A stretch of DNA of 64,000 nucleotides from an uncultured Lachnospiraceae bacterium (GTDB lineage: Bacteria > Bacillota > Clostridia > Lachnospirales > Lachnospiraceae): positions 528 through 64,527 of the forward strand of contig CANRHU010000006.1 of assembly GCA_947630485.1 (NCBI GenBank). Reading direction: 5' to 3'. Of the stretch, positions 43,508-50,896 are shown in pieces; within the stretch, counting starts at the first letter, position 1; every line of letters starts with the position of its first letter. The position numbers and the translations under genes were made by a program. The notes beneath the pieces are model-generated. The model saw nothing but the letters and a program-made list of their open reading frames with translations. It did no database searches and had not been told where the DNA came from.

Positions 43508-44176
43508 TTGATTTTCTGTGTGGAAGACGACAACGGAATCCGTGATTTGATGATATATGCCTTAAACGCCGCGGGTTTTACGGCCGTGGGCTTTCCGGAC
43601 GGAGCGGCTTTCTGGGAAGCGCTTCGTAAAGGAGAACCGGAACTGGTACTTCTCGACATTATGCTTCCCGGCGAGGACGGCATCCGTATTTTGAAACGTC
43701 TGCGGTCGGAAGGAAACCGCGTGCCGGTCATCATGGCTACGGCGAAAGGGACCGAATACGATAAGGTGATCGGGCTTGATCTGGGCGCGGACGATTATCT
43801 TGCCAAGCCCTTCGGCATGATGGAAATGGTCTCCCGCGTGAAGGCGGTGCTCCGCCGCGCGGCACAGTCTCCCCAAAGCGAAACCCTCTCCCACTGCGGG
43901 ATACAGATGGACACGGCGCAGCACATCGTGACCGCGGACGGGACGCGGATAGAGCTCACCTTTAAAGAATATGAACTGCTGCGGAAATTTATGGAAAATC
44001 CCGGCCGGGTGTTTACGCGCGACCAGCTTCTTACAAGTATATGGGGCGTCTCTTACGCGGGCGAAACCCGCACGGTAGACGTCCATATCGGAACGCTGCG
44101 GACAAAACTTGGACGCTGCGGCGACCGCATTGAAACGGTGCGCGGCGTCGGCTATCGGTTGGAGGCGGAAAAATGA
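43508..44176 (+). CDS. OmpR/PhoB-family response regulator
   Basis: ORF 43445..44176. The likely start is TTG 43508 (AAAGGA 10 nt upstream) or GTG 43499. Receiver domain (LLDIMLPGEDG, KPF) and winged-helix output (TVDVHIGTLRTKL...VRGVGYRL). Confidence 0.85.
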   Translation: MIFCVEDDNGIRDLMIYALNAAGFTAVGFPDGAAFWEALRKGEPELVLLDIMLPGEDGIRILKRLRSEGNRVPVIMATAKGTEYDKVIGLDLGADDYLAKPFGMMEMVSRVKAVLRRAAQSPQSETLSHCGIQMDTAQHIVTADGTRIELTFKEYELLRKFMENPGRVFTRDQLLTSIWGVSYAGETRTVDVHIGTLRTKLGRCGDRIETVRGVGYRLEAEK

Positions 44177-45870
44177 CAAAACGAATTTTCAGATCGATCT
44201 GCCTTGTGGCAATCGCGGTTTTCCTTGCCTCCGTGGCAATATTCCTCGGAGTGCTTTACGATTATTTCGGGAACGTTCAGCAGAGCGGATTGAGGGCGCA
44301 GACAGAGCTTGCCGCCCAGGGCGTCCAGACGATGGGCGCGGAATATTTTGAAGGACTTGCTCCCCAGGACCTGCGCATCTCATGGATCAGCGCGGACGGC
44401 GGCGTGCTCTACGACAGCGAGGCGGATTCCTCGGAGATGGAAAATCATCTCGCGCGCGAGGAAATCAGGGAGGCGCTCCAAACCGGCTACGGCGAGAGCT
44501 CGCGCTACTCCGTCACACTGATGGAACGCACCCTGTACAGCGCAAAAAGACTGCCTGACGGGACGGTGCTCCGTCTTTCCGTCGCGCAGAGCACGCTTCT
44601 GACGCTGCTTCTCGGGATGATGCAGCCCATCACGATTATCATGGCAATCGCCGTGGCTCTCTCGTTCTTTCTGGCCTACCGTCTTTCCAGGCATATTACG
44701 GAGCCCTTAAACCGGCTGAACCTGGACGACCCGCTGAACAACGAGGGATACGACGAGCTGTCTCCTCTTCTGCGCCGGCTCGACGTCCAGCAGCGGCAGA
44801 TCCGAAAGCAGGAAAAAGAGCTCAGGCAAAAGCAGGAGGAATTTGAAGCCGTCACGGAAAATATGGCGGAAGGCATTCTTCTGCTGAACATAAAGGGGAT
44901 GATTCTGGGGATCAACCGCGCGGCGGCCAGCCTTTTCGGGACGACCCGCGCCTGCATCGGGCAGCACATTTTATCGGTCAACCGCAGTACCGAGATTTCG
45001 GAGCTTCTTTCGGGAATTGAAAAAGGTGTCCGGACAGAAAAAATCATAGACTTAAACGGAGGGAAATACCAGTTCGCCGCAAGCCCGGTCAGCGAGAGCG
45101 GTAATATTTCCGGCGCCGTTCTTCTCATGCTGGACGTTACGGAGAAAGAACAGGCCGAGCAGATGCGGCGGGAATTCACGGCAAACGTGTCCCATGAACT
45201 CAAAACGCCGCTGCATACCATCGCGGGGTGCGCGGAGCTTCTGGAAAACGGCGTGGTACGTCCCGAAGATACGGCGAGATTCTATGCGCAAATCCGGGGC
45301 GAGGCCGGACGCATGATCTCCCTGGTGGAGGATATTATCCGCCTCTCCCATTTGGACGAGGGCGCGGATGATATGAAACGGGAGGAGGTCGATCTTTACG
45401 CGCTGGCCGCTGAAACAGTCAAATCTCTTTCCGGCGAGGCGGAAAACGCCGGCGTCTCCGTAAGCGTCGATGGAGAACACGCGGCGGTGGACGGCATACC
45501 GCAGCTTCTTGAAAGTATTGTATATAATCTTACGGACAACGCCATCAAGTATAACCGGCAGGGCGGAACGGTAACCGTATCGGTCGGCCGTCTCGCGGGG
45601 GCCGTCTGCCTCTCGGTATCCGACACGGGAATCGGTATTCCGCCAAAGCATCGGGAGCGCATCTTCGAGCGGTTTTACCGCGTAGATAAAAGCCGCTCCA
45701 AAGAGCTTGGCGGCACGGGACTTGGCCTGTCCATCGTCAAGCACGCCGCAAGGCTTCATGACGCGAAAATAGAGCTGCAAAGCACGGAGGGCGAAGGCAC
45801 GGCCATTCGCGTCCTTTTCCCCGCGCAGCCTACTGCCACCGGTTCTTCACCTTGCTCTGGAGCCTGCTGA
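44173..45870 (+). CDS. PhoR-type sensor histidine kinase
   Basis: Two TM segments and a PAS-like segment. H-box SHELKTPL, N-box DNAIKYN, G1 DTGIGI, G2 GGTGLGLSI. The last 41 nt overlap the mutS 3' end. Confidence 0.85.
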   Translation: MTKRIFRSICLVAIAVFLASVAIFLGVLYDYFGNVQQSGLRAQTELAAQGVQTMGAEYFEGLAPQDLRISWISADGGVLYDSEADSSEMENHLAREEIREALQTGYGESSRYSVTLMERTLYSAKRLPDGTVLRLSVAQSTLLTLLLGMMQPITIIMAIAVALSFFLAYRLSRHITEPLNRLNLDDPLNNEGYDELSPLLRRLDVQQRQIRKQEKELRQKQEEFEAVTENMAEGILLLNIKGMILGINRAAASLFGTTRACIGQHILSVNRSTEISELLSGIEKGVRTEKIIDLNGGKYQFAASPVSESGNISGAVLLMLDVTEKEQAEQMRREFTANVSHELKTPLHTIAGCAELLENGVVRPEDTARFYAQIRGEAGRMISLVEDIIRLSHLDEGADDMKREEVDLYALAAETVKSLSGEAENAGVSVSVDGEHAAVDGIPQLLESIVYNLTDNAIKYNRQGGTVTVSVGRLAGAVCLSVSDTGIGIPPKHRERIFERFYRVDKSRSKELGGTGLGLSIVKHAARLHDAKIELQSTEGEGTAIRVLFPAQPTATGSSPCSGAC

Positions 45871-48493
45871 GGATATTTAACGCCTCCACCGGCGTGATCT
45901 CATTGATCTGCACCTGCTCAAGCTCCCGCACAATGTCCTCGCTCCGCGCCGTCGCGAACAGGGTCATCTGATTCAGGTCCACCTCGTCCGGCTTCGTCAC
46001 CGCCTTGTGGGCGGGCTTCGCGGTTACATTGGCTCCCGCCTCCGCGATCTCCCTGGCCTTCGTCGCGATATCCGCGCTGCTTAACTCTTCCACCAGCTCC
46101 TTTGCCCGGTTGGTCACCTGCTCCGGCACGCCGGCCAGCCGCGCCACCTGGATGCCGTAGCTCTTATCCGCGCCGCCCTTCACGATCTTCCGCAGGAATA
46201 CGATGTCGTCCCCCTGCTCCTTGACCGCGATGCAGTAGTTGTTCACGCCGCTCATCGTGCCTTCCAGCTCGGTCAGTTCATGGTAATGGGTGGCGAACAG
46301 CGTCTTCGCCCCCAGAAGCTTCGTATTGCTGATATGCTCCACCACCGCCCAGGCAATGCTCAATCCGTCAAAGGTACTGGTTCCGCGGCCGATCTCGTCC
46401 AAGATAATCAGGCTGCTTCTGGTCGCGTTCCGGAGAATGTTGGCCACCTCCGTCATCTCCACCATGAAGGTACTCTGCCCGGAGGCCAGGTCGTCCGACG
46501 CCCCCACGCGGGTGAAAATCCGGTCGCAGATGCCGATATCCGCCTCCTCAACCGGCACAAAGGAGCCCATCTGGGCCATCAAAACGATCAGCGCCGTCTG
46601 CCGCATATAGGTGGATTTGCCGGCCATATTCGGGCCCGTGATGATCGAGATGCGGTTCTTTCCGTTGTCCAGATAGGTATCGTTGGCCACGAACAGCTCG
46701 TCCTTTAACATCAGCTCCACCACCGGATGGCGGCCGTTCTTAATCTTGATCGTTCCCTTCTCATTGATCGACGGCTTCACATAGTCGTTGCGTGTCGCCA
46801 CCAGCGACAGGGAGCAGAACACGTCGAGCCCCGCCAGGGCCTTGGCCGTCTTCTGGATCCGGTTCACCTCCGCGCCGATCCGGTCGCGCACGTCGCAGAA
46901 CAGGTCATATTCCAGCGAAAACAGCCGGTCCTCCGCCCCAAGGATCGTGCTCTCCATCTCCTTAAGCTCATCCGTCGTGTACCGCTCGGCGTTTGTCAGC
47001 GTCTGCTTGCGGATAAAATAATCCGGCACCAGGCTCTTGAAGGAATTGGTCACTTCAAAATAATAGCCGAACACTTTATTGTATTTGACCCGCAGATTCT
47101 TGATTCCGGTCTTATCACGCTCCCGCGCCTCCAGATCGGCAAGCCACCCCTTGCCCTCCGTCTTGGCGTGGCGCAGTCTGTCCGCCTCCTCGCTGTAGCC
47201 GTCCTTTATGATACCGCCCTCCCTCGTGGTAAGCGGCGGATCCTCCTCGATGGACGCGTCGATCAGCGCAAAGAGATCCTCTAGCGGATCCAGGTCATTC
47301 ATGATATCCATAAGCAGCGAGCTGTGGAAATCCTTCAAAAGATCCCGGATATAGGGAAGCATCTGCAGGGAATTCTTAAACGCGATCAGATCCCTGGGAT
47401 TGGCCGACTTGTAGCTGATCCGGCCCAGAAGCCGCTCCAGGTCGTACACCGGATTCAGATACTCCCGGATCTCCTCACGGGATATATAGCTTAAATTCAG
47501 CTCCTCGATGGCCTCCTGACGCCGCAGGATCTCATCCTTATGGATCAGAGGCTGCTCGATAAACGTCCGCATCAGGCGCGCCCCCATGGCCGTCTTCGTC
47601 TTGTCCAGCACCCACAGAAGCGACCCGCGCCGCTGTTTCTCGCGAAGCGTCTCCAAAAGCTCCAGGTTCCGCCTGGTGGAGGTGTCGATAATCATGTACT
47701 CGCCGGTCGTATACGGCAGAATCGTCGTGATATGGTTCAGGGAATTTTTCTGCGTCTCGTACAGATATTCCATGACCGCGCCGGCCGCGATCACGCCCGC
47801 GTCATAGTCGCCAAGCCCCAGCCCGTCCAGATTCTGCACATGGAAATGTTCCCGCAGCACCCGCCTGCAGGCGTCGTCGGAGAAATACCGGCTCTCCAGC
47901 GCGGATACCGCCATCTGATAACGGTTCCGCAGATCGTCCAGATCGATGCCCGACATGACGAACGCCTCGTTGCAGATGATCTCCGAGGGTGAAAATTTAT
48001 TGATCTCATCCAGGAGATTCCGCTGCCCGTTCACCTCGCTGACCAGATAATCCCCCGTTGTGATATCGCAGATGGAAATCCCGTAGACGTCGCCCACACA
48101 GACGACGCCCATCAGGTAATTATTCTTCGTCTCGTCCAGCGCCTGACTGGCCGTGATGGTTCCCGGCGTCACCACCCGGATGACCTCGCGCTTCACCAGC
48201 CCCTTGGCCAGCTTCGGATCCTCCATCTGCTCGGCGATCGCCACCTTGTAGCCGTTCTGGACAAGCTTATAGAGGTAGGAATCCACCGCGTGGTACGGCA
48301 CGCCGCACATGGGCGCACGCTCCTCCAGACCGCACTCCTTGCCGGTCAGCGTGATGTCCAGCACCTTCGACGCCGTCAGCGCGTCCTCAAAAAACATCTC
48401 GTAGAAGTCGCCCAGGCGGTAGAACAGAATGCAGTCCGGGTACTGCTTCTTTGTTTCCATATAATGAACCATCATCGGAGATAATCCGGCCAC
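45830..48493 (-). CDS. mutS: DNA mismatch repair protein MutS
   Basis: GTG start with a GAGGA RBS. N-terminal mismatch-binding block (SPMMVHYMETKKQYPDCILFYRLGDFYEMFFEDA) and Walker A GPNMAGKST. Confidence 0.95.
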   Translation of the reverse strand: MAGLSPMMVHYMETKKQYPDCILFYRLGDFYEMFFEDALTASKVLDITLTGKECGLEERAPMCGVPYHAVDSYLYKLVQNGYKVAIAEQMEDPKLAKGLVKREVIRVVTPGTITASQALDETKNNYLMGVVCVGDVYGISICDITTGDYLVSEVNGQRNLLDEINKFSPSEIICNEAFVMSGIDLDDLRNRYQMAVSALESRYFSDDACRRVLREHFHVQNLDGLGLGDYDAGVIAAGAVMEYLYETQKNSLNHITTILPYTTGEYMIIDTSTRRNLELLETLREKQRRGSLLWVLDKTKTAMGARLMRTFIEQPLIHKDEILRRQEAIEELNLSYISREEIREYLNPVYDLERLLGRISYKSANPRDLIAFKNSLQMLPYIRDLLKDFHSSLLMDIMNDLDPLEDLFALIDASIEEDPPLTTREGGIIKDGYSEEADRLRHAKTEGKGWLADLEARERDKTGIKNLRVKYNKVFGYYFEVTNSFKSLVPDYFIRKQTLTNAERYTTDELKEMESTILGAEDRLFSLEYDLFCDVRDRIGAEVNRIQKTAKALAGLDVFCSLSLVATRNDYVKPSINEKGTIKIKNGRHPVVELMLKDELFVANDTYLDNGKNRISIITGPNMAGKSTYMRQTALIVLMAQMGSFVPVEEADIGICDRIFTRVGASDDLASGQSTFMVEMTEVANILRNATRSSLIILDEIGRGTSTFDGLSIAWAVVEHISNTKLLGAKTLFATHYHELTELEGTMSGVNNYCIAVKEQGDDIVFLRKIVKGGADKSYGIQVARLAGVPEQVTNRAKELVEELSSADIATKAREIAEAGANVTAKPAHKAVTKPDEVDLNQMTLFATARSEDIVRELEQVQINEITPVEALNILSRLQSKVKNRWQ

Positions 48494-48528
48494 TTCAGTT
48501 TCCTCGCTTTTCTGTATTTTCTCTTATC

Positions 48529-49980
48529 TCAGGAATTTGTCATCTTTCCCATGTAGTAAAATCCCTTGCTCTCTTCCAGGTACACGTCCACAACCTTTCC
48601 GATCAGAGACGGCTCTCCCGGAAAATGTACGACCGTATTGTTGTCCATCCGCCCCGTCAGATATCCGCTCAGATGGTCGTCCGGTTCCTCCGCCAGAACC
48701 TTCTGCACGGTGTGCAGATCCCGCCCGCAGACCTCGGCGGAAATCTCCTGCACGCGCTTAAGCAGCCGGTCGAAACGGTCCTTCACCACGTCGTCCGGAA
48801 CCTGATTGTCCATCCGTGCGGCCGGCGTCCCGGTCCGCTTCGAGTAGATAAAGGTAAACGCGCTGTCGTAGCGCACCCTCTCCACCACGTCCAGTGTCTC
48901 CCGGAAATCCTCCTCCGTCTCCCCGGGAAAGCCCACGATGATATCCGTCGTCAGGGAAATGTCGGGAATCGCCCTGCGGATCTTCTCCACCAGCCCCAGA
49001 TACTGCTCCTTGGTGTAGCGCCGGTTCATTTCCTTTAAGATCCGGCTGCTTCCGGACTGGATCGGCAGATGCAGATGATGGCAGACTTTTTTCGCGGACG
49101 CCATGGTCTCAATCAGCTCGTCCGACAGATCCTTCGGATGGGACGTCATGAAACGGATCCGCTCAAGCCCCTCGATCTGGTCTGCCTGCCGCAGCAGCTC
49201 CGCGAATGTCACCGGCGTATCGAGCGTTTTTCCGTAGGAATTCACATTCTGCCCCAGAAGCATCACTTCCACGACGCCGTCGGCGACCAGCCGCCGAATC
49301 TCCGCGAGAATATCCTCCGGCCTGCGGCTCCGCTCTCGCCCGCGCACATACGGCACGATACAGTAGCTGCAGAAATTGTTGCACCCGAACATGATATTGA
49401 CGCCGGATTTGAACGGATATTTCCGCTCCACCGGCAAATCTTCCACGATCCGGTCGGTTCCCTCCCAGACGTCCACCACCATTTTCTGTTCCTCAAACCG
49501 CCTGCACAGAAGCTCCGCCAGCTTAAAGATATTGTGCGTGCCGAAAATGATATCCACAAAGCGGTAGCTTTGGCGGATCTTCTCCACGGCCTCCGCCTCC
49601 TGCATCATGCACCCGCAGAGGGCGATGATCATATCAGGATTCTTCTTTTTGAGCGTGTTTAAATACCCCAGCCGCCCGTAAACGCGCTTGTTGGCATTCT
49701 CACGCACGGTGCAGGTGTTGTAAAGAACAAAATCCGCGTGCTCGTCGTCCGTCTCCTCGTAGCCGATCTCCCGGAGAATCCCCGCAAGCTTTTCCGAATC
49801 GCGGCTGTTCATTTGGCAGCCGAACGTTTGCGTAAACATGCGCGGGCGCCGTCCGTTCTTCTCCTCGAACGCCTTCACATACTGCCGGCACTTCTCTATG
49901 AAATAATACTGCCGATCCGGCTCGTTCTCCGGAGGAAGCGGATTGGGAGATTCCAGAGTAAACTCTTTTTTCTTATCCAT
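48529..49980 (-). CDS. miaB: tRNA-i6A37 methylthiotransferase
   Basis: UPF0004 N-domain (FGCQMN), radical-SAM CNNFCSYC and a C-terminal TRAM domain. Confidence 0.95.
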   Translation of the reverse strand: MDKKKEFTLESPNPLPPENEPDRQYYFIEKCRQYVKAFEEKNGRRPRMFTQTFGCQMNSRDSEKLAGILREIGYEETDDEHADFVLYNTCTVRENANKRVYGRLGYLNTLKKKNPDMIIALCGCMMQEAEAVEKIRQSYRFVDIIFGTHNIFKLAELLCRRFEEQKMVVDVWEGTDRIVEDLPVERKYPFKSGVNIMFGCNNFCSYCIVPYVRGRERSRRPEDILAEIRRLVADGVVEVMLLGQNVNSYGKTLDTPVTFAELLRQADQIEGLERIRFMTSHPKDLSDELIETMASAKKVCHHLHLPIQSGSSRILKEMNRRYTKEQYLGLVEKIRRAIPDISLTTDIIVGFPGETEEDFRETLDVVERVRYDSAFTFIYSKRTGTPAARMDNQVPDDVVKDRFDRLLKRVQEISAEVCGRDLHTVQKVLAEEPDDHLSGYLTGRMDNNTVVHFPGEPSLIGKVVDVYLEESKGFYYMGKMTNS

Positions 49981-50001
49981 AATTTTTCCTTATCTTCTAC
50001 A

Positions 50002-50110
50002 TATCTTGTTCCGCATTTCGGTCCTGTTCTGTATTTCAACTATGTCTCGCATTTTAGCCATCTCTCCCTGCTTCGGCCATGTCCAGCATTTTAACCATGT
50101 CTGACATAAA
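50002..50110. repeat. degenerate tandem repeat of about 37-nt period in the miaB upstream spacer
   Basis: There are two clear 20-mers: 50042-50061 (atgtctcgcattttagccat) and 50079-50098 (atgtccagcattttaaccat), matching at 17 of 20. Weaker copies lie around 50005-50026 and 50097-50110. Confidence 0.5.
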
Positions 50111-50131
50111 AGGTTTTTTTGCAGTCCCGCG

Positions 50132-50896
50132 TCACTCCAGTCTCGAAAAGCCCCAGGAGTCCCAGAACCACCGGCTCTCTCCGCCGTCCGGGCTTCGAAA
50201 CAACAGACATGGCTCCCCGCGGCTTAAGGCCGCGTCCCGAGACGGTTCGCAGACAGTCATCTCCGCCACATCGACCCCCATATACGAGGACATCCACTGC
50301 GGCGCGATTCCGTTCGGACCGTATTGATAGACAAACAGGTGCTGCGACCAGCTTCTGTCGTTCTTCTCAACCCAGAAGGGCCGTTCCTCGCCGAAGCGGC
50401 CGATTTTCCAGCACAGCAGAATCAGCTCCCGCGCGCCGTCCCTGTCGATATCGCAGACCAGGGCGTCCTGAACCAGAATTTCCGGCTGCGACGACCAGAC
50501 GCACTCTCCGTCCGCAAAGGCAAACAGCCGCCGATGGTCGATTTGAAACTCCATTTCTTCCAGACCGCCTGTCTGCGCGGAATTTCCGTCAGAATCACCT
50601 GCTCTCCCCGCTTCCGCCATTCCACCTCTTTCATTCGAACCATCCGTCCACTCTGTTCCCGTCTGCTCCGCAAACACGGCGCAGCCTCCGCTCTTCCACA
50701 GAATCCAGCGCGGCAGGAACCAGCCGGCGCCATAACCGTACAGTAAAACGCCTGCCAGCAGCAAGACGGCCGCAGCCCCGGACAAAATGCAGAGCGGTAA
50801 ACGTCTGCGATGTCCGGCGCGCCCCTTTCCGTCCGCGGCGGCGGAAGCGGAGGTGTGATCCGCATCCGCGCATCGGCCGGTATTATTCCCAGCCAT
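50132..50896 (-). CDS. hypothetical membrane-anchored protein
   Basis: One TM segment (LCILSGAAAVLLLAGVLLYGY), then a soluble domain with an FG-GAP/VCBS-like DxDxDG segment (CDIDRDGARELILLCW). It overlaps the upstream gene by 14 nt. The start is uncertain. Confidence 0.45.
   Translation of the reverse strand: MAGNNTGRCADADHTSASAAADGKGRAGHRRRLPLCILSGAAAVLLLAGVLLYGYGAGWFLPRWILWKSGGCAVFAEQTGTEWTDGSNERGGMAEAGRAGDSDGNSAQTGGLEEMEFQIDHRRLFAFADGECVWSSQPEILVQDALVCDIDRDGARELILLCWKIGRFGEERPFWVEKNDRSWSQHLFVYQYGPNGIAPQWMSSYMGVDVAEMTVCEPSRDAALSRGEPCLLFRSPDGGESRWFWDSWGFSRLE

Noticed and set aside
42727-43734. A 335-aa minus-strand ORF antisense to phoU and the start of the response regulator.
   Set aside because: It has shadow-frame composition (Arg/Pro/Gly-rich), while the plus-strand genes have clear PhoU repeats and receiver motifs.
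50054-50107. A Met-rich 17-codon mini-ORF (MSDMVKMLDMAEAGRDG) in the miaB leader, considered as a possible Met/SAM-sensing leader peptide.
   Set aside because: There is no Shine-Dalgarno sequence (the upstream sequence is cctttt). The Met codons arise from the ATG-containing repeat unit. No downstream attenuator hairpin was found.
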